DNA of 32,000 bases. Source: Actinomadura sp. OS1-43 (lineage in GTDB: Bacteria > Actinomycetota > Actinomycetes > Streptosporangiales > Streptosporangiaceae). Numbering within the stretch: position 1 is the stretch's first letter; each line of letters begins with the position of its first letter. Positions 7,118 through 15,644 of this stretch are shown here, piece by piece. A program made the translations under genes and the position numbers. The stretch spans positions 82,018 through 114,017 of the forward strand of contig NZ_JASNWF010000016.1 of the NCBI RefSeq assembly GCF_030283205.1, in the 5' to 3' direction. Under the pieces are notes generated by a model. That model searched no databases, was not told the origin of the DNA, and saw only the letters and a list, made by a program, of their open reading frames with translations.

Positions 7118-8901
7118 TCGTCGCGCTGGCCGTGACGCCGGCCGCCGCGGGTGCGCTTCTGCTGCTCGCGGGGCGGCGGGCCGATCGCGTGGCACCGGCC
7201 GCCGGGGTCCTGGCCGCGGTCGCGGTGCTGGCACTGGCGGTCGCGGCGGCGGTGACGCGTCCCGTCGCGCGTTTCGCGCTGCTGCCGGGGTGGCCCGGCG
7301 GGCTGGCCGTGGACGGGCTGTCCGGCGTGCTCGTGGTGACGGTCGCGTCCGTCCTGACCGCGATCCTGGTCTTCGCGGCCGCAGGCGGGTACGGCGCGCG
7401 GTTCTTCGGCCTGATGCTGCTGTTCGCGGGCGCGATGCTGGTGACGGTCACCGCGTCCGACCTAGTCCTGCTGCTGATGGGGTGGGAGGTCATGGGCGCG
7501 ATGTCGTACGCGCTCATCGGCTACGAGTGGCGGGAGGCCGAGCCGGTGCGCTCGGCGGACGTCGCGTTCCTCACCACCCGCGCCGCCGACCTGGGCCTGT
7601 ACGCCGCGGCGGGCTTCGCCATCGCCGGGACGCACTCGCTCACGCTCTCCTCACTGACCGGCGCAGCCGAACCATGGCGGGATCTCGCGGCGGGCGGGAT
7701 CGTGCTCGCCGCGCTGGGGAAGTCGGCGCAGCTTCCGTTCTCGTTCTGGTTGTCCAGGGCGATGGCGGGTCCGAGTCCGGTCTCGGCGCTGCTGCACTCG
7801 GCCACCATGGTCGCCGCCGGCGCCTACCTGCTGCTGCGCCTGCATCCTCTGCTCGCGGCGACCGGATGGGCCGGCACGCTCGTCGCCTGGGTCGGCGCCG
7901 TGACCGCGCTCGCAATGGGCGCCGTGGCACTGGCGCAGAGGGACCTGAAACAGCTTCTCGCCGCGTCGACCTGCGCGCAGATCGGGTTCATGGTGCTGGG
8001 CGCCGGCGTCGGTTCCGTCTCCGGTGGGACGGCGCATCTCGTGGCGCACGCGACGGTGAAGAGCCTGCTGTTCCTGTGCGCGGGTGCCTGGCTGACGGCT
8101 CTGGGCACCAAGCGGTTGGACGAGCTGCACGGCGCCGCACGCCGATACCGGGTCGTCGGCGTCGCGTTCGGGGCTGCCGCGCTGGCGCTGGCGGGGCTGC
8201 CGCCGCTGTCGCTGTGGGTGACGAAGGACGAGGTGCTGACGGCGGCCGCAGAACGCTCGCCCGCGCTCCTCGCCGCCGGGATGGCCGCCTCCGTGCTGGC
8301 CGCCGCGTATTCGGCCAAAGCGCTGTTCGCGGTGTGGCGCGGTACGCGCAGCGACGGTCAGGTCGTGCCGTGGCTCGAGCGCCTTCCGCTGGTCGCCCTG
8401 GCGGTCGCGGCCTGCGTCCTCGGCGTGCTCGGGCTGCGCGGCGTCGCCGAAGCCCTGGGGATTCCAGGGGAGACGAAGGTGAGCGTCCTTGACCTGGTGG
8501 TTTCCGGTGTTCTGGCGGTGGTGGCGATCGTCGTGGTCCGGTTCGTGCGGGCCGTGTCGGCGCCCGCGTGGGTGGCCGACTGGCTGTTCCTCGAACGGGC
8601 CGCGAGGGCCGGGATCGTCCGTCCGGTGTTCGCGGTGTCGCGGGCGCTCGCCAGGTTCGACGACCGGGTCGTCGACGGCGCGGTCCGGTCCGTCGCGCGG
8701 GCCGGGCTGCGGACGGCCGACCTGGCCGCACGCGGCGCCGAACTTCGCGTGGACGGAATGGTCGACGGGGTCGGGCGCTGCGCGCGGCGGCTCGCCGGGC
8801 TCGCTCGCCGCCCGCAGACCGGGCTGGTCCACACCTACTACGCGCAGGCGGCGGTGCTGCTCGCGGTGCTCGTCGTCGTCGCCGTGTTGGCCGGGTGGTG
8901 A
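7114..8901 (+). CDS. nuoL: NuoL/ND5-like antiporter-type subunit with C-terminal lateral-helix region
   Basis: ATGA overlap with nuoK; 595 aa. Motifs: LLLMGWEVMGAMSYALIGY, LGKSAQLPFSFWLSRAMAGPSPVSALLHSATMVAAGAYLL, HLVAHATVKSLLFLCAG. The C-terminal FDDRVVDGAVRSVA...RRPQTGLVHTYYA resembles the NuoL HL-helix segment. Confidence 0.9.
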   Translation: MIVALAVTPAAAGALLLLAGRRADRVAPAAGVLAAVAVLALAVAAAVTRPVARFALLPGWPGGLAVDGLSGVLVVTVASVLTAILVFAAAGGYGARFFGLMLLFAGAMLVTVTASDLVLLLMGWEVMGAMSYALIGYEWREAEPVRSADVAFLTTRAADLGLYAAAGFAIAGTHSLTLSSLTGAAEPWRDLAAGGIVLAALGKSAQLPFSFWLSRAMAGPSPVSALLHSATMVAAGAYLLLRLHPLLAATGWAGTLVAWVGAVTALAMGAVALAQRDLKQLLAASTCAQIGFMVLGAGVGSVSGGTAHLVAHATVKSLLFLCAGAWLTALGTKRLDELHGAARRYRVVGVAFGAAALALAGLPPLSLWVTKDEVLTAAAERSPALLAAGMAASVLAAAYSAKALFAVWRGTRSDGQVVPWLERLPLVALAVAACVLGVLGLRGVAEALGIPGETKVSVLDLVVSGVLAVVAIVVVRFVRAVSAPAWVADWLFLERAARAGIVRPVFAVSRALARFDDRVVDGAVRSVARAGLRTADLAARGAELRVDGMVDGVGRCARRLAGLARRPQTGLVHTYYAQAAVLLAVLVVVAVLAGW

Positions 8902-8904
8902 GGC

Positions 8905-10392
8905 GTGCTCTCGCTGGTCGTCTTCCTGCCGCTGGCCGTCGCGCTCGTCCTGCCGGTCGCGCCGCGCCGCGCCGTGCCGTGGACGTGGATCGCGGTCACG
9001 GTCGCCGACCTCGCCCTCATCGTGAGCATGTGGCTCGCGCACGGCACCGGGCCCGGCGTCGCCTACGAGGCGGATGTGCGCTGGATACCGTCCGTCCGGG
9101 CGGGCTACCACGTGGGCTTGGACGGGCTGTCCTTCCCACTCGTCACGCTGACGGCGGTACTGTTCGCCGCCTGCGCCGTCTACTCGATCCGGCAGCTGCA
9201 CCGGGTTCGGGCGTTCGCGATCCTTTTCCTGTTCTTGGAGACGGTCTGTCTGGGATTGTTCGCCGCCCTGGACCTGCTGCTTTTCTTCGTCTTCTTCGAC
9301 CTGTCGATCGTCGGCATGTACTTCGTGATCCTGCTGTGGGGGCACGGCGATCGGGCGGCGTCGGCGCTGAAGTTCTTCCTCTACACATTCCTCGGCTCGC
9401 TGGTCCTGCTGCTCGGATTCATCGGCCTGTACCTGGGCGCGGACCCGCACACGTTCGACATGGTGGAACTGACCAGGCACCCGCCGCTCGCCGGGTCGCC
9501 GGGGCTCGCCGGGCTGACGCTGCTGGCCGTCGGCATCGGCCTCGGTATCAAGACGCCGGTCGTCCCGTTCCACACGTGGCTGCCGCCCGCGCACACCGAC
9601 GCGCCCGCCGCCGGGTCCGCGATCCTTGCCGGGGTCATGCTGAAGATGGGCACCTACGGGTTTGTCCGGATCGCCATGCCGATGCTTCCGGACGCATGGC
9701 GGCGCTACGCACTCGTCTTCCTCATCGTGGGCCTGATAAGCGTCCTGTACGGGGCGCTCGTCGCGCTGGCGCAGGACAATGCGAAACGGCTCGTCGCGTA
9801 CACGTCCGTCAATCACATGGGCTACATCGTCCTCGCACTGGGTGCGGCCGGATACGCGTCCGGCGACGTGGACGCGCGGCGGCTCGCCGTCACCGGGGCC
9901 GTCACGCAGATGGTCTCGCACGGGCTCGTCACCGGCGCGCTGTTCCTGCTGTGCGGCGTCCTGTACGACCGCGCCGGAAGCTACGACATCGGGCGGTTCG
10001 GCGGCATCGCGCGGACCGCGCCCGTCTACTCCGGGATGCTGGCGCTCGCCGCGTTCGCGTCCCTCGGACTGCCCGGCCTGTCGGGATTCGTCGCGGAGTT
10101 CCAGATCTTCGCCGGGACGATCGGCAGCGGCACCACGGCGGCGGCCGTGACCGGCGCGCTCGCCGTCCTCGGCATCCTCGTCACGGCGGCGCTGTTCCTG
10201 CGCGTCCTGCACCGGGCAGTGCTGGGCGCGCCCGGTGAGCTGTCCGGGCAGGTAGCGGACGTGCGGCGGGCCGAACTCGCGGCGATCGTCCCGCTGCTGG
10301 CGCTGTCGGTGCTGATCGGCGTCGCGCCGCGCGTCCTGCTCGACACGATCGAGCCGCTGTCGGCGGCCGTGACCGCGCTGGTCGGCCGATGA
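8905..10392 (+). CDS. nuoM: NuoM/ND4-like antiporter-type subunit
   Basis: GTG start 3 nt after the nuoL stop; 495 aa. Motifs: SALKFFLYTFLGSLVLLLGFIGLY, IKTPVVPFHTWLPPAHTDAPAAGSAILAGVMLKMGTYGF, VAYTSVNHMGYIVLALGA, QMVSHGLVTGALFLLCGVLYDR. Confidence 0.9.
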   Translation: MLSLVVFLPLAVALVLPVAPRRAVPWTWIAVTVADLALIVSMWLAHGTGPGVAYEADVRWIPSVRAGYHVGLDGLSFPLVTLTAVLFAACAVYSIRQLHRVRAFAILFLFLETVCLGLFAALDLLLFFVFFDLSIVGMYFVILLWGHGDRAASALKFFLYTFLGSLVLLLGFIGLYLGADPHTFDMVELTRHPPLAGSPGLAGLTLLAVGIGLGIKTPVVPFHTWLPPAHTDAPAAGSAILAGVMLKMGTYGFVRIAMPMLPDAWRRYALVFLIVGLISVLYGALVALAQDNAKRLVAYTSVNHMGYIVLALGAAGYASGDVDARRLAVTGAVTQMVSHGLVTGALFLLCGVLYDRAGSYDIGRFGGIARTAPVYSGMLALAAFASLGLPGLSGFVAEFQIFAGTIGSGTTAAAVTGALAVLGILVTAALFLRVLHRAVLGAPGELSGQVADVRRAELAAIVPLLALSVLIGVAPRVLLDTIEPLSAAVTALVGR

Positions 10393-11765
10393 ACGAGAAC
10401 CCCGCCGACGTCGCGCCCGAGCTGTGCGTGCTGATCGCCGCCGTCCTCGGCCTGGTCAACGGGCTGTTCCTGCCCCGCACCCGGCAGTGGCGGGTCGCCG
10501 CGATCTGCGCGGCCGGGCTGGTCGCGGCCCTCGTGGTCGCCGCCGTCGACGCGACCCGGCCGGACCTGGTCGTGTTCGACGCGTTCTTCGTCGACCCGAT
10601 CACCCACGTCACCCGGATCGCGGTACTCGGCTCGACGCTGCTGGTCCTCGGCCTCGCCGCCGGACCGGTCCGCGACCATCCGCGGGAGAGCGAGCACTAC
10701 GTCCTGATCCTGCTGTCGGCGCTCGGCGCGATGGTGCTCGGCGCCTCGTCCGACCTGCTCGTCGTCGTCGCCGCGTACCTGCTGGCGAGCATCCCCGCGT
10801 ACGCGCTCGCGGGGTTCGGCAAGGACGCGCCCGGCACGGAAGCGGCGTTGAAGTACTACCTGATGGGCGCGTTCCTCGGCGTCGTGATGCTCGCGGGCGT
10901 CACGCTCCTCTACGGGGTCGGGCGCGGCACCGCTTACGGGACGCTCCGCGCCGGCCTCGCCGACGCGCCGTCGGCGGCGGTGTCCGCAGGCGTCGTCGCG
11001 TTGCTGGCCGGGCTGCTGTTCAAGGCGGGCGCCGTACCGGGACACTTCTGGATCCCCGACGTCACCGAGGGCGCGCCCCCGGCGGTCGCCGCGTTCGTCA
11101 CGACCGTCCCGAAGATCGGTGCGTTCGCCGCGCTGCTGCGGTTCGGTGCCGAGGCCTTGCCGCCGGACGCCGCCGGATGGCCGACGGTCGTCGCGGTGAT
11201 CGCGGCGGCCACGATGACGCTCGGCAACCTCGCCGCGTTCGGGCAGGACAACGTCCGCCGGCTGCTCGCCTACTCCACCGTCAGCCAGGCCGGATACCTG
11301 CTGGTCCCGGTCGCGATGGCGGGCCGGACCGACCTCGCGCAGACCGCGCTGCTGTTCTACGTCGCGGCCTACGCGGTGACGAACCTCGGCGCCTTCGCCG
11401 TCGTCCTGGCGGTCGGCCGCGACGACCTCGCCTCCTACACCGGCCTGCTGCGCGCCTCCCCGCCCCTCGGGCTCGCGCTGGTCGTGTGCCTGCTCGGCTT
11501 CATCGGGACGCCGCCGACCGCTGTCTTCGTCGGAAAGGTCCTGATGTTCGGCGCGGCTCTCGATGGCCACTACGTCTGGCTCGCGGTCGTCGCCGCCGTC
11601 AACACGGTCGCGAGCGTCTTCTATTACCTGCGCTGGATCGTCCCGCTGTTCCGGCGGCCGGACGGCGAGTTCACACCGGCCCGGGGAGCGTCGGCGGTCG
11701 CCATGGTGGCCGCGCTGTTCTCGCTGGTCCTTGGCATCGGCGCCGGGGTCGCGCTCACCGCATGA
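10389..11765 (+). CDS. nuoN: NuoN/ND2-like antiporter-type subunit
   Basis: ATGA overlap with nuoM; 458 aa. Motifs: EAALKYYLMGAFLGVVMLAG, LLFKAGAVPGHFWIPDVTEGAPPAVAAFVTTVPK, NVRRLLAYSTVSQAGYLL. Confidence 0.9.
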   Translation: MNENPADVAPELCVLIAAVLGLVNGLFLPRTRQWRVAAICAAGLVAALVVAAVDATRPDLVVFDAFFVDPITHVTRIAVLGSTLLVLGLAAGPVRDHPRESEHYVLILLSALGAMVLGASSDLLVVVAAYLLASIPAYALAGFGKDAPGTEAALKYYLMGAFLGVVMLAGVTLLYGVGRGTAYGTLRAGLADAPSAAVSAGVVALLAGLLFKAGAVPGHFWIPDVTEGAPPAVAAFVTTVPKIGAFAALLRFGAEALPPDAAGWPTVVAVIAAATMTLGNLAAFGQDNVRRLLAYSTVSQAGYLLVPVAMAGRTDLAQTALLFYVAAYAVTNLGAFAVVLAVGRDDLASYTGLLRASPPLGLALVVCLLGFIGTPPTAVFVGKVLMFGAALDGHYVWLAVVAAVNTVASVFYYLRWIVPLFRRPDGEFTPARGASAVAMVAALFSLVLGIGAGVALTA

Positions 11766-13335
11766 CCGGCAGCTCGATCCAGGACGGGCGTCCGGCGTCG
11801 TGGAAGACGGTCTGCTCCGCGCGCACCATCGACGGGTGGCGGTCGAACCGGGGGAAGTTCGACGAGGCGACCTGCACCCGGATGCGGTGCCCGGCCCGGA
11901 ACGTCTGGCTGGTGGCGGCCAGGTCGATCTCGTGCCGGGTCGCGTCGCCGGGGGAGCGGACGATGCCGTCCAGCACGTTCATCGCCCGCCCGTCCGGCCA
12001 CACGTCGACCAGCTTGGCCGTCCAGTCGGCGCCGGGCGCGGAGGTCGCCGCGTGCAGGACCGCCCGGACCGGCCCGGTGACCTCCACGTCCCGGTCGAGC
12101 ACGGGCGTGGTGAAGACGAGGACGTCCGAGCGCGCCTCCACGGCCCGCTGGTCGCGCGGCCCGACGTTGACCGGGTCGTTCAGCAGCAGGTTGCCGCCGT
12201 GCGTGGGGACGGGGTCGTCCGGGTCGTGCACGAAGCGGGACGGCGACGCGTCGCACTCCGGCGCGTCAGCGGACAGAGAACCGCCAGAGTGCAGGTAGTA
12301 CCGGGTGGTGGTGGCGCCGGGCGGCGGCCATGACTCGGCGTCCCGCCACACGTCGGCGCCCATCGTGAAGTACCGGACCGCCGGCCCGCCGGTGTCGCCG
12401 CGCAGGAACGCGATCTGCGCGGCCTCCAGCTGTGCCATCTGGGCGGACGCCGCGTGCCCGAAGTACAGCTCGCCGACGCCGCCCGTCTGGGACAGGTGGG
12501 ACCACGGTCCGATGACGAGGCGCCCGCCAGGAATGCGCCGGTAGTTCTCCAAGGTGCCGCGCAGGAAGACGTCGAACCATCCGGCGACGTGCAGGACCGG
12601 GACGCCGATCCGGTCGTGCCGCAGCGTCTCCGCGAGATCCGTCCAGTACGAGTCGCGTTCCGGATGGTCGACCCAGTCGCGCCAGAACGGGAACGCGTCG
12701 GCGACGGCGGGGATCTCGCGCAGCGGCAGCGACCGCATCGCCGCGTCGGGATCGGCCAGCACCTTCATCAATGGCCCGAGGCGGGCCGCGCCGCCGTTCT
12801 CGATGTCGTGCACCGCGCCGAGCAGCCCTTGGAGCGCGCCCCAGAAGAACGCCGACCCGAGCGCGAACGCGCCGCCGTGGTACTTCAGCCCATCGTAGAA
12901 GTCGTGCGGGGTCATCGCCGCGACGACGGCCTTCAGCGCGTCCGGGCGCTCGGACGCGAGCTGGAGCGCGCATCCGGCGAGGTAGGAGTTGCCGGCGGCG
13001 ACGACCTCGCCGTTCGACCACGGCTGCACGGTGATCCACTCGACGGTGTCGGCGCCGTCGCGCCCCTCGTCCACCCAGGGCGTGAACTCGCCGTCGCTGT
13101 TGCCCCGGCCCCGGCAGTGCTGCAACACCACGGCCATCCCGGCCCGCAGGCAGCCGGTGACCGGAGCGGCCCGGAACACCGGCTCGCCGTAGGGGCCGCG
13201 CATCAGCACGGTGCGGTGCCGCCCGTCGCCGGCGGGCCGGTGCACGTCCGCGCGCAGGACCGTCCCGTCGCGCATCTCGATCGGCTGGTCCAGGACGGTG
13301 ACGGCCGCGAGCGCGGGACGGTCGAGCTTCGTCAC
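11755..13335 (-). CDS. CocE/NonD family hydrolase (S15 X-Pro dipeptidyl-peptidase-like alpha/beta hydrolase)
   Basis: 526 aa with GTG 13335 preceded by GGAGGGA. Features: IEMRDGTVLRADVHRP...VLMRGPYG, CRGRGNSDGEF, nucleophile-elbow-like GNSYLAG, and a C-terminal beta-sandwich region ending HRIRVQVASSNFPRFDRH, typical of this family. It converges on and overlaps the nuoN 3' end by 11 nt. Confidence 0.85.
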   Translation of the reverse strand: MTKLDRPALAAVTVLDQPIEMRDGTVLRADVHRPAGDGRHRTVLMRGPYGEPVFRAAPVTGCLRAGMAVVLQHCRGRGNSDGEFTPWVDEGRDGADTVEWITVQPWSNGEVVAAGNSYLAGCALQLASERPDALKAVVAAMTPHDFYDGLKYHGGAFALGSAFFWGALQGLLGAVHDIENGGAARLGPLMKVLADPDAAMRSLPLREIPAVADAFPFWRDWVDHPERDSYWTDLAETLRHDRIGVPVLHVAGWFDVFLRGTLENYRRIPGGRLVIGPWSHLSQTGGVGELYFGHAASAQMAQLEAAQIAFLRGDTGGPAVRYFTMGADVWRDAESWPPPGATTTRYYLHSGGSLSADAPECDASPSRFVHDPDDPVPTHGGNLLLNDPVNVGPRDQRAVEARSDVLVFTTPVLDRDVEVTGPVRAVLHAATSAPGADWTAKLVDVWPDGRAMNVLDGIVRSPGDATRHEIDLAATSQTFRAGHRIRVQVASSNFPRFDRHPSMVRAEQTVFHDAGRPSWIELPVMR

Positions 13336-13455
13336 GGAGGTCCCTCCGGGTGGACGGCGGCGCCCGGCGGTGTGCGCCGCCGCAGACGCTAGGCAGTCCG
13401 ATGGTGGCCGTCAAGAATCCGCCTAGCTTCCTGGGCGGGCGCCCAGCGAGCCGTC

Positions 13456-14319
13456 CTAGCGGCTTGGGCCGCCGCCGAACCACTCGCCCGCGGTGCGGGC
13501 CGGGGGCGGGGCGTCGCCGGGACGCGGCGCCGCGCGCGACCCGCCCTCCTGCAGCGAGCGCAGCCGTTCCTGCAGGGCGCGGTCGGCGTGGATCTCGTCC
13601 TCGCTCGGCGCCATCGCGATGATGATCAGCAGGGTCGTCGACACGACGGCGATGCCGCCGATGAGCGGCAGCAGGAAGTCGATCGGGTCGGCGCCGCCGG
13701 TCGCGCCCGCGTTCCCGTCCATGGTCACCCGCATGGCCGCCATGCCCGTGTAGTGCATGCCGGTGACCGCGACGCCCATGATCAGCGCGGCCCCGGCCGT
13801 CTCCCAGCTGCCCTTGGCACGCAGGCAGAACCACAGCGCCACCGTGGACGCCACCACCGCGATCACCACCGACAGCGCGACCAGCCCGGGCTGGTAGCCG
13901 ATGTGGCCGGACATCCGCATCGCCGCCATGCCGCTGTAGTGCATGCTCACCACGCCGATGCCCATGATGACGCCGGCCGTGACGATGACCGGCGTCCCGG
14001 AGCCGCCGAAGCCGACGATGAACAGCCCGACCGCGACGACCACCACGGCCGCGAGGCAGCTCAGCAGCGTGATCGGGACGTCGTAGCGGATCTGCATGCC
14101 CGAGATGCTGAAGCCGAGGATGGCGATGAAGTGCATCACCCAGATCCCGGTGCCGCCGATCGCCAGCGCCGCGAGCGCCAGCCACGAGGCGCGCGAGCGG
14201 CCCGTGGACGCGCGGGCGCGCGACGTGCACAGCAGCCCGAGGAACGAGCCGACGAACGACATGAGGTAGGCGCACACGGGGGTCAGCAACCCGTATGAGA
14301 AATGGTGCACGTGGGCCAT
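13456..14319 (-). CDS. Stand-alone MHYT-domain integral membrane sensor protein
   Basis: Three MHYT-type repeats (WVMHFIAILGF, MHYSGMAAM, MHYTGMAAM) across about 7 helices. ATG 14319 is preceded by GGGGGA and is preferred over GTG 14346. A short soluble tail follows, with no recognisable output domain. Confidence 0.85.
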   Translation of the reverse strand: MAHVHHFSYGLLTPVCAYLMSFVGSFLGLLCTSRARASTGRSRASWLALAALAIGGTGIWVMHFIAILGFSISGMQIRYDVPITLLSCLAAVVVVAVGLFIVGFGGSGTPVIVTAGVIMGIGVVSMHYSGMAAMRMSGHIGYQPGLVALSVVIAVVASTVALWFCLRAKGSWETAGAALIMGVAVTGMHYTGMAAMRVTMDGNAGATGGADPIDFLLPLIGGIAVVSTTLLIIIAMAPSEDEIHADRALQERLRSLQEGGSRAAPRPGDAPPPARTAGEWFGGGPSR

Positions 14320-14485
14320 GCGATCCCCCGTGAAGCACGAGACCACTGGTGAGGTGGCCGCATCATAACCGCACTTATCCGGGCAAATTGGGAACCATGC
14401 AGGTATTGGTCCGAAAATCGACCGCCCGTGCGCGGGCGCTCACCCCCCGGAGCGGCCACCGGACGGGCCGCGTGCGGGAGGACGG

Positions 14486-14893
14486 TCAGGACAGCAGGCC
14501 GTGCTCCATCGCCAGGTCGAGCGCGGACCGGGACGCCGGGGCGAGCAGGTGCCGGTCGGCCGGCGCGACGTAGCGGTACTCGTCGACCTCGCCCGACGCC
14601 GCGATCGACCCCCGGCACGACGCGGTGAAGCACGCCATCCGGGCGTGCGTGAAGTCGGGCTGGTCGTGCGCGGGCGCGCGGATCACGCCGAGGCCGCGCA
14701 ACGACGCCCGGTCCAGCTCGACGCCCAGCTCCTCGCGGACCTCCCGCGACAGCGCCGCCCAGTCGTCCTCGCCCGGCTCCCGCTTGCCGCCGGGAAGGTA
14801 CAGCAGGTCACGGCCCCGCGACCGGACGGTCAGCAGCCGCCCGTCCACCACCCGCACCCATGCCACCACGTCCAGATCCGCCACGACGCCCAC
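14486..14893 (-). CDS. NUDIX hydrolase
   Basis: 135 aa with a complete Nudix box, G-KREPG-E-DDWAALS-REVREELGV (GX5EX7REUXEEXGU). The GTG start lies 1 nt after the stop of the upstream ABC ATPase. Confidence 0.85.
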   Translation of the reverse strand: MGVVADLDVVAWVRVVDGRLLTVRSRGRDLLYLPGGKREPGEDDWAALSREVREELGVELDRASLRGLGVIRAPAHDQPDFTHARMACFTASCRGSIAASGEVDEYRYVAPADRHLLAPASRSALDLAMEHGLLS

Positions 14894-14894
14894 C

Positions 14895-15644
14895 CTAGAT
14901 GCGGCGCGACTCCAGGACGCGGCGCAGGAACTCGCGGGTGCGCGGCTCGGCCGGCTCCTCGAAGATCTGCTCGGCCGTGCCGCGCTCCAGCAGCACGCCG
15001 TCGGACAGGAAGCAGACCGTGTCGGCGATGTCGCGGGCGAACCCCATCTCGTGGGTCGCCAGGACCATCGTCATCCCGGACTCCTTCAGCTCCCGGATGA
15101 TCCCCATCACCTCGGTGACCAGCTCCGGGTCGAGCGCGGAGGTCACCTCGTCCAGCAGCAGCAGGCTCGGCCGCGTCGCCATCGCCCGGATGATCGCGAC
15201 GCGCTGCTGCTGGCCGCCCGACAGCCGGTCGGGGTACTCGCCGGCCTTGTCGGCCAGGCCGAACCGCTTCAGCAGCTCGTGCGCCTGGTCGACGGCCTCC
15301 GCCTTCGGCCGCCTGTGCACCCGGACGGGCGCGAGCGTGATGTTGTCCAGCACCGACATGTGCGGGAACAGGTTGTAGGCCTGGAACACCATCCCGATCC
15401 GCTTGCGGACCTCGTCGGGGTCGGCGCCGGGGTCGGTGATGTCGTCGCCCTCCAGGAAGATCGCGCCGTCGTCCACCGTCTCCAGCACGTTCACGCAGCG
15501 CAGCAGCGTCGACTTGCCCGACCCGGAGGCGCCGATGAGGCAGACGACCTCGTGCGGCGCCACGTCAAGGTCGACGCCGCGCAGCACCGGATGCGCGTGG
15601 TAGGTCTTCCAGACGCCTTCGACGCGCAGCAGCGGTCCGCTCAT
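14895..15644 (-). CDS. Polar amino-acid ABC transporter, ATP-binding protein
   Basis: ATG 15644 overlaps the permease stop (ATGA); 249 aa. Walker A GASGSGKST, Q-loop, signature LSGGQQQRVAIIRA, Walker B LLLLDEVTSALD. GlnQ/HisP-like. The listed 498-aa ORF is an upstream read-through of the same frame. Confidence 0.9.
   Translation of the reverse strand: MSGPLLRVEGVWKTYHAHPVLRGVDLDVAPHEVVCLIGASGSGKSTLLRCVNVLETVDDGAIFLEGDDITDPGADPDEVRKRIGMVFQAYNLFPHMSVLDNITLAPVRVHRRPKAEAVDQAHELLKRFGLADKAGEYPDRLSGGQQQRVAIIRAMATRPSLLLLDEVTSALDPELVTEVMGIIRELKESGMTMVLATHEMGFARDIADTVCFLSDGVLLERGTAEQIFEEPAEPRTREFLRRVLESRRI

Noticed and set aside
4172-11765. Interpreting the nuo genes as part of the organism's ordinary 14-subunit NADH dehydrogenase operon.
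   Set aside because: nuoB-G and nuoI are not merely outside the window. The flanks are an MFS gene upstream and a convergent hydrolase downstream. The A-to-H and H-to-J junctions are closed by translational coupling, which leaves no room for the missing genes.
13326-13350. Near-identical 17-mer GGAGG(G/C)ACCTCCGTGAC around the start codons of two unrelated genes (CocE at 13333-13349 and the ABC SBP at 17391-17407, both on the minus strand).
   Set aside because: Most of the match is SD plus GTG start plus a common second-codon prefix. The GGAGGnnCCTCC palindrome has only a 2-nt spacer, so it cannot fold as RNA. With only two instances I treat it as coincidence, though a genome-wide count would settle it.
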